64,000 nt of DNA, taken from a phage. The DNA lies in the NCBI GenBank assembly GCA_036252695.1, contig GCA_036252695.1_4122.1, one strand, 5' to 3'. Positions within the stretch are counted from its first letter, which is position 1. The number at the start of each line of letters is the position of its first letter. The translations under genes were made by a program, and so were the position numbers. Below are positions 1-9,231 of this stretch, piece after piece. The notes under the pieces are model-generated. The model was not told where the DNA came from, ran no database searches, and saw only the letters and a program-made list of their open reading frames with translations.

Positions 1-33
1 CAAACGTCTTAATACTGTTCCGAAGGATGCACA

Positions 34-204
34 ATGAAAGAAGTAATTGGCTACAAATGTAAAAATTGTGGCAAAGATAAGGGTAAGCATTCAATACAAG
101 GGATGGCTTGTCCAAATCCAGGACGTGGAAATTTCAGAGGGTTCAGTACTGAAAAGTCTTACGAACCGGATCATACCAAACCTGTAATGGGTTATAAATT
201 ATGA
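34..204 (+). CDS. small Cys-rich (zinc-ribbon-like) protein, 56 aa
   Basis: ATG at 34 preceded by GAAGGA; CxxC plus second Cys pair (CKNCG...ACPNPG); stop overlaps next start (ATGA). Below the 60-aa ORF track cutoff. Confidence 0.35.
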   Translation: MKEVIGYKCKNCGKDKGKHSIQGMACPNPGRGNFRGFSTEKSYEPDHTKPVMGYKL

Positions 205-560
205 GTGATTATGTAGCATTTCTTCATCGCTTTGGAGAAGCTAAAGAAAAACATATTATCCGTATGCCATTATATGGTGAAAAAGACTGGTACAAAAGTA
301 CTGTCAGTGTAGGTGCATTTCGTGACCGTGAAGCTGGATTCTTTCTGGGTAAGCAACATGAACGAGAGGTACTTTGCTCACTTTGGCGTTTAGATGAATG
401 GGATAGTGATAACGTAAGAACTGCTGAATCAATGATGGCTATTGTTGGTATTGCGAACTATCAGCACCCATATGATCTATTACCTACATTTGAACATGCT
501 TCTTTGTTTGACTTTTACAAAGCAGTAGGGTATGATTATAAAAAGAAACGTTACGTTTAA
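201..560 (+). CDS. hypothetical protein
   Basis: 119-aa ORF, ATGA coupling to upstream small ORF; no recognisable motif. Confidence 0.5.
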   Translation: MSDYVAFLHRFGEAKEKHIIRMPLYGEKDWYKSTVSVGAFRDREAGFFLGKQHEREVLCSLWRLDEWDSDNVRTAESMMAIVGIANYQHPYDLLPTFEHASLFDFYKAVGYDYKKKRYV

Positions 561-564
561 CATC

Positions 565-596
565 AGTACTGCCATCGTGTGCAGTACTTTTTAATT
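565..596 (+). terminator. rho-independent terminator
   Basis: Inverted repeat AGTACTGC/GCAGTACT followed by TTTTAATT. Confidence 0.5.
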
Positions 597-606
597 GGAG
601 ATTACT

Positions 607-1221
607 ATGACTACATCGGAAAAGTACTGGTGGATTTTGGGTCATCCTAAATTCATAAACAAAGATATGGTTCCAGCTAGGATTGATATTGAACCTCATG
701 ATGTGTGTCCAATGACAAATCGAATTGAAGATTTCAAAGCATTGAATACAAAGACTCAATTTTGGGTAGAATTTCTTTCACCAATGTATATTGAGCAAGA
801 CGACGAATGGGTACAAGCACATGATTATCAATTGGATTGTGGTGGTGATACGTATGAAGAGGCCATTGATGAATTATACAAAAATGTTCTGAACACATAT
901 GGGGATTATACCCAACAGGAAGCAGATGATAAATTTCATAAAATACATTCATTCAATGCATCACAATCAATATATAATCCCGCTAAAACAGTTTGGGAGG
1001 AACGACACAGTTGGAGTTCATGTGTAATCGATGAAGAAACCAAAGAAAAAATCATCGATGACATAAAAAATTTAAAAAATACAATCCAAGCCTTGCGTGC
1101 ATTCATAAAGTCTTGTACAATAGGAGAACAGCAAGAGGCAAAGATACATTTGGAGAGTGAAGAATGTAAACTTTGGGTTCTAGAAAAATCACTTGAAAAG
1201 GGTATAGACTTAGACTTATGA
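607..1221 (+). CDS. hypothetical protein
   Basis: ORF track 595..1221; ATG at 607 follows GGAG with good spacing; no recognisable domain. Confidence 0.5.
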   Translation: MTTSEKYWWILGHPKFINKDMVPARIDIEPHDVCPMTNRIEDFKALNTKTQFWVEFLSPMYIEQDDEWVQAHDYQLDCGGDTYEEAIDELYKNVLNTYGDYTQQEADDKFHKIHSFNASQSIYNPAKTVWEERHSWSSCVIDEETKEKIIDDIKNLKNTIQALRAFIKSCTIGEQQEAKIHLESEECKLWVLEKSLEKGIDLDL

Positions 1222-1586
1222 ATAGTAAATTGGAGAAACTTGTTGAAGAATTACGCCGGATGCCACCTATTGAGCAAGTAGGGAACTACAAGCGGTATCG
1301 TGTGATTGCTCGTGCACTGGATAAAAAAGGTCGAGTACTGGCAACTCGCACAAATTCTTATACACAGACTCACCCAGTACAGAAGGGTTTCGCCATTCGT
1401 GCTGGGCGACCGCAAGGTGAGTTTCTTCATGCTGAAATTTCATGTTTACTGGCTGCTCGTGCTGATGTTCATACTTTACTGATTGCACGGATAAGTAAAG
1501 ATGGAATTCCTGTACCTGCCAAACCATGTGAAATTTGCACATTAGCAATTATGGAATACGGGGTTAAGGAAATTATCCACACATGA
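1218..1586 (+). CDS. small CDA-fold nucleotide deaminase (cytidine/dCMP deaminase-like zinc-binding motifs)
   Basis: HAE (HAEISCLL) and PCxxC (PCEICTLAI) motifs about 32 residues apart; ATGA start-stop overlap with upstream gene. Confidence 0.55.
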   Translation: MNSKLEKLVEELRRMPPIEQVGNYKRYRVIARALDKKGRVLATRTNSYTQTHPVQKGFAIRAGRPQGEFLHAEISCLLAARADVHTLLIARISKDGIPVPAKPCEICTLAIMEYGVKEIIHT

Positions 1587-1807
1587 AGAAAATCGAGCGT
1601 TATACAAACCATACTGTTGTAGTTGAAAATGATATATTTTATTATTATATTTTCAGACCTATACATTGTTGCCAAATAACAACATTCAATAGTGGAAGGT
1701 TTTATGACAAGAACTTTCACATTACTGAGTTAGCAAAATATTCCAGTACTGAACACTTTAGTAATCTAGTATATGTGTACTGTATACCAAACCCAAATAA
1801 TAAGTAG
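1583..1807 (+). CDS. hypothetical protein (doubtful)
   Basis: 74-aa ORF with low-complexity composition in an AT-rich stretch; may be non-coding leader. Confidence 0.2.
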   Translation: MKKIERYTNHTVVVENDIFYYYIFRPIHCCQITTFNSGRFYDKNFHITELAKYSSTEHFSNLVYVYCIPNPNNK

Positions 1808-1816
1808 GAGATTAAA

Positions 1817-2176
1817 ATGGCTAAAACTATTTCTTTAAAAAATGAAAATGTAGGACAACGCAAAGATGGTTTCTTTGGATTCTCATGGACAACACTATTC
1901 TTTGGACCATTCCCTGCATTGTTTCGTGGTGACTTTATTACGTTCATCGGTGCATTTGTAATTTACTTCATCCTCAACGCAGTGTCATTTTGGATTGTGG
2001 GTACAATTGCAATGGTCGTGTGGGCATTTCTTTACAATAAGTACTACACAGTGAATCTCATTAAGAATGGGTATAAATTCAATGGCACACATGAAGAAAA
2101 TGCTGAAGCTGCAATGGCTTTACAAATTGATTTGAATAAAAACAACACAGTTGATAAAAACAAAGATCCAGAATAA
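1817..2176 (+). CDS. small integral membrane protein
   Basis: Strong RBS AGGAG; long hydrophobic stretches consistent with 2-3 TM helices. Confidence 0.5.
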   Translation: MAKTISLKNENVGQRKDGFFGFSWTTLFFGPFPALFRGDFITFIGAFVIYFILNAVSFWIVGTIAMVVWAFLYNKYYTVNLIKNGYKFNGTHEENAEAAMALQIDLNKNNTVDKNKDPE

Positions 2177-2395
2177 ATGGAAAAATATGACATAATTTAC
2201 GATTATTATGGTAAGGCTTATATGAAGTGTGGGCGTTATGTTGAACTCTCTAATAGAGAATCAATAGATCCCCACACTCTTATAACAATTCATAATTCGT
2301 ACTATAAAAAAGTTACAATAGCTAATTTCGCTACATACGTGAATAATCCATTATTTCCTTACATTATTCAGTACTACTGTCGAGTTATAAAATAA
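2177..2395 (+). CDS. hypothetical protein
   Basis: 72-aa ORF immediately after upstream stop. Confidence 0.4.
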   Translation: MEKYDIIYDYYGKAYMKCGRYVELSNRESIDPHTLITIHNSYYKKVTIANFATYVNNPLFPYIIQYYCRVIK

Positions 2396-2405
2396 GGTAA
2401 AAAAA

Positions 2406-2816
2406 ATGTTAGCCGATGATTTTATGTCTCTAAGTACCAAGATATTTGATATATTAGGAGATGAAATAGATTTCCACCTAAATGATACAACTATACCGTT
2501 CGAAGATGGTGGTTATTTTTTTGCATTTGGTTATAAGTACAATGTTGATTTCTCAATTCCGATTCCTGATGGAAGTGATTATACATCATCAACATATTTT
2601 GAATTTCAGTTCAACGGACACAAAGAGCGTTTACTAACATATAGACGTAAAGGTAATTTCAGTAGACCAGAGATTATATTAATGGATATTGAAAAACGAA
2701 TAGAAATTGCAAAGAATAATCCATTCTTCAGTTCTTATGCGTTAAACCAACTTATTGAACTATTTGATGGCTATCCAGACAGAATACGAGGGTCGTTACG
2801 TATCAATGCAGAATGA
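2406..2816 (+). CDS. hypothetical protein
   Basis: 136-aa ORF with AAGG RBS. Confidence 0.5.
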   Translation: MLADDFMSLSTKIFDILGDEIDFHLNDTTIPFEDGGYFFAFGYKYNVDFSIPIPDGSDYTSSTYFEFQFNGHKERLLTYRRKGNFSRPEIILMDIEKRIEIAKNNPFFSSYALNQLIELFDGYPDRIRGSLRINAE

Positions 2817-2991
2817 AATCTTTAAAAAAGAATACGATGGTGAAAGTCTCTATGATATTCAGAGAGATGTGCATGAAGCCTTCGATTCAAGATTTAACCC
2901 ATTAGCTGAACAAATCCCACAAGATGAGTTTGGTTTTCAAGAAGGGACGTTCACAGTAACTATTACATGGAGTCCAGATGAGACTAGCTAA
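2755..2991 (+). CDS. hypothetical protein (start uncertain, possibly ATG at 2806)
   Basis: ORF overlaps end of upstream gene in another frame; followed by a terminator. Confidence 0.3.
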   Translation: MNYLMAIQTEYEGRYVSMQNEIFKKEYDGESLYDIQRDVHEAFDSRFNPLAEQIPQDEFGFQEGTFTVTITWSPDETS

Positions 2992-3093
2992 ACTTGTCAT
3001 AGGTTGCAGTGCACTTGCTGCATATATGCTTTTTTCCGCACCAACCAATGTATTACTGCTAATTTGGGCAGTTGTTATATTAGCAGTACTTTA

Positions 3094-3117
3094 AAAGCAC
3101 CCTTGTGGTGCTTTTTC
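3094..3117 (+). terminator. rho-independent terminator
   Basis: AGCACC / GGTGCT hairpin followed by TTTTT. Confidence 0.5.
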
Positions 3118-3254
3118 TATTTGTGCAAATAAAAAGCAATGTGACTTTTCCTTGATATAGGTCAAGAGAAATAACCTGTTCTGACGCTATAATGTTGTCT
3201 GGTGATATTAAATATCTTCACCCCCAGATGATTTCAAAATACAAGGAATGTACA

Positions 3255-5060
3255 ATGCAATTAGATAAATTATATACCGATGTAACAAATTTCCTAAATC
3301 AGAGTAATACTGATCTTACTAATGAAAACGCTAATAAAGATGCAAAATGCGTCAATACACATAGAGATTTACTAGCAGGTATTCTATCTAAGCATTATTC
3401 ACAAGATGTTATTCCCACCGAGTTAATGCAATGGCATAATGATGGATATGGTCATATTCATGATTTAGATTACTATATTAGCCCATTGACCAATTGTTGC
3501 TTGGTTAACTATCCTGATATGCTTAAAAACGGCTTCACTATTGGTTGTGCTAAAATTGAAGAACCAAAAAGTTTCAGTGTAGCTTGCACAGTACTGACAC
3601 AAATTGTCCAAGCTGTTGCCAGTTCCCAGTACGGTGGACAATCGTTGGCTCATATTGACGTTGGTCTTGAACCTTACGTCCAAAAGTCATGGGATAAGCT
3701 GTTAGAAAAACAAAAGAAATATAATCTAAGTGATGAGTTCATTGAAGAAGAATTACGAAAAGAAGTATACGATGGATGTCAAACATTACTTTACCAGACT
3801 AATTCAATGATTAGCACTAATGGACAAGCTGCATTCATTTCTCTTAGTTTAGGGCTTAATACTTCTAAATTTGGTAAATTAATCACTGAACAGTACTTAA
3901 AAGTTCATGAGAATGGTTTAGGTAAAGATAAGATTACTCCAGTGTTTCCTAAAGTAATTTTCTTTTTACAAGATGGTATAAACATGAATACCAATGATAG
4001 TAATTATGACCTTAAACAGTTAGCTATGCGTTGTGCATCAAAACGAATCTACCCAGACTTTGTTTCAGTTCCATTAAATCACAAAGTGACTGGAAGTAGT
4101 AGTACTGCTGTAACACCGATGGGCTGTCGTTCATTCTTAGGAAAATGGGAAGATTCAAATGGAAATGAACAATACAACGGTCGTTTCAATTTAGGCGTAG
4201 TTTCTATCAATTTACCTCTAATTGCTCTTGAGAGTGCTTCTGATGGAGAGTTTTTTGATAAGATAGACGAGCACATGAATATTGCATATCGTGCTCAGAT
4301 GAACCGTGTGGAGCGTTTAAAAGGCACTAAAGCGAAGCAGAATCCAATTTTGTTCATGGAAGGTGCATTAGCACGTTTAGGTGCAGAAGAAACCATTGAC
4401 AAGCTATTTTACAATGGTTATGCTAGTATTAGTATTGGTTATGTTGGTCTTGTTGAATGTTCAGAAATCCTCACTGGTTCTATCAGTAAGGAGTTTTGTA
4501 TGTCAGTACTGAATTATATGAAAGTAAAATGTGATGAGTTCAAAAAAGAAAGTAATATTGCTTTTAGTCTATATGGAACTCCAGCAGAGTCGCTTTGTTA
4601 TAAATTTGCACGTTGCATTGAAGCAAAATATCCTTCAGTACTAAAACGTGATTACATCACAAATTCCTTCCATCAACCAGTATGGGTAGAAAGTTCTCCA
4701 TTTGATAAATGGAGTTATGAAGAAGGGTTTGCTTACCTAAGTAACGGTGGAAACATCAGTTATGTTGAATCTCCAAACTTAGCAAACAACATTCAAGCAC
4801 TTGAAACATTAGTTAACTATGCGTACACTAAGATACCATATTTTGGTATTAACCAACCAGTTGACCATTGTTATGAATGTGGCTTCCAGGGTGAGTTCAG
4901 TGTAGATAAACATGGTTTCCACTGTCCGGTATGTGATAATCGTAATGAGAAGACAATCTCAGTGATTCGTCGTGTTTCTGGTTACTTGGGTAATCCTTCT
5001 TCGCGTGGATTCAATAAAGGCAAACAACAAGAGTGTTGTGAGCGTATTCAGCACAAATAA
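3255..5060 (+). CDS. nrdD: anaerobic ribonucleoside-triphosphate reductase (class III RNR)
   Basis: Collinear similarity to T4 NrdD (NENANKD near N-terminus, PMGCRSF, C-terminal glycine-radical motif RRVSGYLG, CxxC zinc ribbon). ORF track starts at 3192; ATG at 3255 has an AAGGAA RBS and matches the T4 N-terminus. Confidence 0.9.
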   Translation: MQLDKLYTDVTNFLNQSNTDLTNENANKDAKCVNTHRDLLAGILSKHYSQDVIPTELMQWHNDGYGHIHDLDYYISPLTNCCLVNYPDMLKNGFTIGCAKIEEPKSFSVACTVLTQIVQAVASSQYGGQSLAHIDVGLEPYVQKSWDKLLEKQKKYNLSDEFIEEELRKEVYDGCQTLLYQTNSMISTNGQAAFISLSLGLNTSKFGKLITEQYLKVHENGLGKDKITPVFPKVIFFLQDGINMNTNDSNYDLKQLAMRCASKRIYPDFVSVPLNHKVTGSSSTAVTPMGCRSFLGKWEDSNGNEQYNGRFNLGVVSINLPLIALESASDGEFFDKIDEHMNIAYRAQMNRVERLKGTKAKQNPILFMEGALARLGAEETIDKLFYNGYASISIGYVGLVECSEILTGSISKEFCMSVLNYMKVKCDEFKKESNIAFSLYGTPAESLCYKFARCIEAKYPSVLKRDYITNSFHQPVWVESSPFDKWSYEEGFAYLSNGGNISYVESPNLANNIQALETLVNYAYTKIPYFGINQPVDHCYECGFQGEFSVDKHGFHCPVCDNRNEKTISVIRRVSGYLGNPSSRGFNKGKQQECCERIQHK

Positions 5061-5068
5061 GGTAAATT

Positions 5069-5401
5069 ATGGATTTAAAGCCAATTGTGGTTAACAAATA
5101 CAAAGAACCGTATGATGTGTATATTGGACGTGGGTCTAAATGGGGAAACCCATTTACCCATATTAAAGATAAACAAACTAAAGCCGAATTCATTGTTAGT
5201 ACAAGAGAAGAATCAATTGAAAAATTCAGAGAATACATTATTGAACGTATTTCTTGTGGAGAAGTTAAGATTGATGAATTACTTGAACTCGCAGGGAAAC
5301 GCCTTGGTTGTTTCTGTAAACCAAAATCATGTCACGGCGATGTTCTTGTCGAAATAGTGAGTGCAATATTAGATGAATTACCAGACGATAATGAAGGATG
5401 A
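5069..5401 (+). CDS. DUF4326-family protein
   Basis: Motifs YIGRGSKWGNPF and CFCKPKSCHGDVL characteristic of DUF4326; sits between nrdD and nrdG. Confidence 0.6.
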   Translation: MDLKPIVVNKYKEPYDVYIGRGSKWGNPFTHIKDKQTKAEFIVSTREESIEKFREYIIERISCGEVKIDELLELAGKRLGCFCKPKSCHGDVLVEIVSAILDELPDDNEG

Positions 5402-5843
5402 TTTAGTAAATGGAGAGGGCGTTCGCTGCTCTTTATTTGTTAGTGGGTGTTCGCACGGATGTGATGGTTGCTTCAATGAAGAAGCATGGGACTACCGAAG
5501 TGGACAAGAGTTCAGTACTGAAACAGTTGAGATTATACTACAGGAACTAAAAAAACCATATGTTAGTGGTTTGTCACTTCTAGGCGGCGATCCATTAATG
5601 AAAAAGAATATAGATGAAGTTTTAAATCTATGCAAAGTAGTTAAAGAAACTTATCCTAGTAAAACTATTTGGTGCTGGAGTGGGTATACTTTAGATGAGA
5701 TTATGAAAAATCATGCTAAAGATATACTTCAGTACTTAGATGTATTAGTTGATGGTAAGTTTATCGAGTCCGAAAAGAATTTAAAATTACCTTTCCGTGG
5801 TTCAAATAATCAAAGAATACTATATAAAAATAAAGATTTTTAA
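5373..5843 (+). CDS. nrdG: anaerobic RNR activating protein (radical SAM)
   Basis: CxxxCxxC cluster (GCSHGCDGC) and end-to-end similarity to T4 NrdG (FVNGxG, GGDPL, RGSNNQR). Confidence 0.85.
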   Translation: MNYQTIMKDDLVNGEGVRCSLFVSGCSHGCDGCFNEEAWDYRSGQEFSTETVEIILQELKKPYVSGLSLLGGDPLMKKNIDEVLNLCKVVKETYPSKTIWCWSGYTLDEIMKNHAKDILQYLDVLVDGKFIESEKNLKLPFRGSNNQRILYKNKDF

Positions 5844-5847
5844 CATA

Positions 5848-5869
5848 AGCACCCATTGGGTGCTTTTTT
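5848..5869 (+). terminator. rho-independent terminator
   Basis: AGCACCC / GGGTGCT hairpin plus T6. Confidence 0.55.
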
Positions 5870-5877
5870 GTTATGTA

Positions 5878-5885
5878 TATAAATA
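5878..5885 (+). promoter_or_regulatory. T4-type late promoter core TATAAATA
   Basis: Exact TATAAATA about 35 nt upstream of the tail-fibre start codon. Confidence 0.4.
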
Positions 5886-5919
5886 CATTAACTAATATCT
5901 AATTTATAAGGGATATATA

Positions 5920-8616
5920 ATGTCAAAGAAAATATATGGTGGCTTGGATGTCACACATAATGTGACAGTTAATGGTAAAAGAACAATACAAGGTATCAAT
6001 GATCAAGTATTTGATGCTAATGGCAATATGGAGCTAGATACTTATTCAAGAGATGAAGTACTAGATATCGTCAGTATGATGCCAATTTCCCATTATGGGT
6101 CACAAAACTATCTTCCTGCTGGTGTATCTGGTGATTTCAATGGTGCATCTGAAAACCAGTCCCAACGTAGAAATAAAATTTTATTAGAAAACGATGGTAC
6201 ACTCGTATTATTACGTAGTGGTACAAACGGTAGTGTTGAGGGATTATATTATTCATATTTGGCTAACGCATTATCAGTTGATGACATGAGCCGTACAATT
6301 AACACCAGTCGTCAATACAAGCCTGGTTTTTTCGGTTCAAATCGCGTCGCAATTGGCTTATACAATACTGATCCAAATATTTTACTCGGTAGATATGTAG
6401 ACACTTCTAACAGTACTAATGGATTGTTTATTTCTATTACTAATGGTACATTAGATGATAAATTACATACTGGTTTTTTTGTAAATCAAGCAGATATTTG
6501 CCCTGAAGGTGGTATAGAATTTGCAATGATGGCTGAAGATGGTTCAATCTATGTCTTTAGTGTTCTTAATGAAAATAACCAACTACAGTTAGTTGTTGTC
6601 CGAGTTGTATATAATATTAGCAATGGAACATATACGGCAACTCGTATTACAGGATGGACTACAAAAACATTCTATAATACAACTTATTCTGCACAGAATA
6701 ACATGGTTATTACTAATCAAGTAACTTCAACTAATATAGCAGATAAGCCTTATGTGTATGTACCACAAAACCTACGTGGTATTGGGATTTATATGACATC
6801 CATTGATTTGTATGTTGCACAGCAACCAGGAACACAGAACTTTCGTTTTAGAATGAATGGTGATGCATGGTTTACAATGGCGACATATAATGCCCGACCA
6901 CAACATAGCTACAGCTTTGCATTTAATATGAGTACTAAACAATGCACCCTAGACGCTGGGAATGACATAGGTTCATATCAAGCACCATTGGTTATAACCA
7001 ATACTGGTTCTGCATTAGTGCCTACAGGTAACGTTTTAAATAATGATCCATTATATAATCATGCTAATGCAAGAAACATTTATAGTTCTTATTTTTACTT
7101 AAGTTCAGGTGAAGCTTTTTGTACTGTGTGTCCAAACTTAGCAGAACCATTACTTATGCAAAAAGCAAAGTTTCCTATACAAATTGTTTATAGTATGATT
7201 AACGTTCGTGCAGTACAATCAACTGATTTTAAAGGTGGAGTTGTTAGACCATCCTTTGGTTCAGCAGTTGGTTCATTTATTAATGGTGTGGAGTTGTTAC
7301 CAGATAATAGTACTAAACAATATTCACGTGCGTCTGGTAGTGGTGGGTTTAGACCATCATATGCAGTTCATAAAAGTACTCCTAATTTTACATTTAAATC
7401 ATTATCTTTAGGAACCATACAAGGTTATGAACCTACAACTGAACGTGGTTATGTAGATGATAATGCCAATAATAGAATTTTCATTAGTAGTATTTCAGGT
7501 TCAACTGTAACAACTAATGGCGGTATTTTTATGGTTGGTCAACGTTATTCACAATCATTTTCATATGATAAAAACTTAAATGGTACTGGTGTTATTAGTG
7601 TTACACAATCAGTTCTAGATAACTTTAGAAATACAGAATATGCTAAAGTTCTAAGTGACTGGAACTTATCTTCACAAGCTTATCGTGATATGACATTATT
7701 TGTTCCACAACAAACTGACATTCCGGCTTTTGTTATGTTGAGTACTATAACAAATGACTATAAAAACTATATTAGAATTGCTGAAGTTAACGTTAATACT
7801 AGAGTTGGAAATATAACATCTATTACCTTTAAGCGTTTAGTACTAGAAAATACATATGGTGAAAACTTTACACCTAATGGTAATGGTTCGATTGCATCTT
7901 CTTCTGTTGGGTTAACAATTTATGATGGTGGTTCATTCTACTTCATTGGTGGTTCTGACCCATTAACACATCCAACAATAGGAAATACAGCAACTCATCA
8001 ATTTAGAGCATATGTAACTAAATCAACTGCACAATTTACAAGTTTTGTTATTACTGGTTCTCATGCCAGTTATGAACAAGGAAGACAACCCACTGCGTTG
8101 CCTGGTATTGGATTTGGTATTTTTGATCCACTGGATTATACAAATAAAATGTCATTTCAAAAATATGGAACAACGATAGCCGACTATAATAACTGGACTC
8201 CACAAGGTAGCCCAATTAACGTAGTATCACAAGACGTTGCTCAAGGGTTTATTGTTTATTTTACAGAGGAAACACCAGTTATACTATCAGGTAAGTCTTT
8301 TACACTACCAGTTTCAAATATTGATTTGAGAACTATAAAATCTAATCCAGCAAATACAACATTTTATGTATATGTTAAATTAGAACAAGGGTTGGCAAAC
8401 TACTACATAACTACTGATGTTATTTCCGAAACAGGAACAACTGCATATAATATTTTTTGGATAGGTACTATTCAAACTAACGCAATTCAAATCGAAACTA
8501 TTAATATACAAAAACGTTCACGTTTAGATATATTTGGTGCTTCACTTGAATCAGCAGGTTCATCGTTCCCAGTTAGCTACGGTCTACCATCACAAACAGG
8601 AACCATAAACTGGTAA
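5920..8616 (+). CDS. tail fibre protein (paralogue A, 898 aa)
   Basis: Large Ser/Thr/Gly/Asn-rich ORF behind a late promoter; N- and C-terminal modules shared with 9232..11961. Confidence 0.7.
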   Translation: MSKKIYGGLDVTHNVTVNGKRTIQGINDQVFDANGNMELDTYSRDEVLDIVSMMPISHYGSQNYLPAGVSGDFNGASENQSQRRNKILLENDGTLVLLRSGTNGSVEGLYYSYLANALSVDDMSRTINTSRQYKPGFFGSNRVAIGLYNTDPNILLGRYVDTSNSTNGLFISITNGTLDDKLHTGFFVNQADICPEGGIEFAMMAEDGSIYVFSVLNENNQLQLVVVRVVYNISNGTYTATRITGWTTKTFYNTTYSAQNNMVITNQVTSTNIADKPYVYVPQNLRGIGIYMTSIDLYVAQQPGTQNFRFRMNGDAWFTMATYNARPQHSYSFAFNMSTKQCTLDAGNDIGSYQAPLVITNTGSALVPTGNVLNNDPLYNHANARNIYSSYFYLSSGEAFCTVCPNLAEPLLMQKAKFPIQIVYSMINVRAVQSTDFKGGVVRPSFGSAVGSFINGVELLPDNSTKQYSRASGSGGFRPSYAVHKSTPNFTFKSLSLGTIQGYEPTTERGYVDDNANNRIFISSISGSTVTTNGGIFMVGQRYSQSFSYDKNLNGTGVISVTQSVLDNFRNTEYAKVLSDWNLSSQAYRDMTLFVPQQTDIPAFVMLSTITNDYKNYIRIAEVNVNTRVGNITSITFKRLVLENTYGENFTPNGNGSIASSSVGLTIYDGGSFYFIGGSDPLTHPTIGNTATHQFRAYVTKSTAQFTSFVITGSHASYEQGRQPTALPGIGFGIFDPLDYTNKMSFQKYGTTIADYNNWTPQGSPINVVSQDVAQGFIVYFTEETPVILSGKSFTLPVSNIDLRTIKSNPANTTFYVYVKLEQGLANYYITTDVISETGTTAYNIFWIGTIQTNAIQIETINIQKRSRLDIFGASLESAGSSFPVSYGLPSQTGTINW

Positions 8617-8627
8617 AGGATTACATA

Positions 8628-9215
8628 ATGGCATTTAAAATAAGAGCAGACCTTAAGGCAATGCAACAAGTTACAGTACAGGGTAAAAGTACTGGACTTG
8701 GTGTATTAGGTAATAATATGACTTATTACCCAACAAATTCAAATGGGGAATGTACATTCCCCTCTATTACCAAAGATGAAGTTAACTTTATTGTCAATGG
8801 ATTACCACTTACACAATACGGAGAATTGTATGATGACGCTAGTCTAAATATTACTTCATCAGGCTATAGTCTTACATTTAATAGACAGATACCATCATTT
8901 ATTGGTGGTTATCTTTATAAATTTCCAGCAGTTTCTATTTTTGCTTCAACTGTTTCATCTGGAACACAAACACAATATGTATATGCAACGTTAGTTCTCG
9001 GTGAACCAATTTATAAAATATCACCAACACAAATACAAGAATCTGAAATTATAATGTTTATTGGAACACTGACCGTTGGTACAAGTGGTATTACAAATAT
9101 AAACATTAATAAAGTATCCAGATTTAGTACATATAGACCTAGTGTTACACAAAAAGGTTCTTCATTCCCAGTCAGTACTGGAAAACCATCAGAAACTGGT
9201 ACAATTGGTTGGTAA
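8628..9215 (+). CDS. short tail-fibre-related protein sharing the fibre C-terminal module
   Basis: 195 aa; C-terminus ...GSSFPVSTGKPSETGTIGW matches the C-termini of both large fibres. Confidence 0.5.
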   Translation: MAFKIRADLKAMQQVTVQGKSTGLGVLGNNMTYYPTNSNGECTFPSITKDEVNFIVNGLPLTQYGELYDDASLNITSSGYSLTFNRQIPSFIGGYLYKFPAVSIFASTVSSGTQTQYVYATLVLGEPIYKISPTQIQESEIIMFIGTLTVGTSGITNININKVSRFSTYRPSVTQKGSSFPVSTGKPSETGTIGW

Positions 9216-9231
9216 ATTAAGGAAAAGAAAG

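Noticed and set aside
3192-3254. Upstream ATG at 3192 as the nrdD start
   Set aside because: It has no Shine-Dalgarno sequence, whereas ATG 3255 is preceded by AAGGAA and gives an N-terminal length matching T4 NrdD; the longer form cannot be fully excluded.
3255-5060. Group I intron in nrdD (as in T4) or in td (50508-51437)
   Set aside because: Both reading frames are continuous and colinear with intron-free homologues over their full length.
7208-7411. Short ORFs nested inside larger genes (for example 7208-7411, 3465-3683 minus, 4079-4276 minus, 44108-44302 minus, 44991-45302 minus, 46652-46888 minus, 47956-48241)
   Set aside because: They are embedded within well-supported genes, lack RBSs and have low-complexity or frame-shadow composition; treated as spurious.
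9142-9231. Upstream extension of the second tail fibre ORF overlapping the preceding gene
   Set aside because: The extension has no RBS and overlaps the 8628-9215 gene; an ATG at 9232 with a good RBS and a paralogue-matching N-terminus is the likely start.
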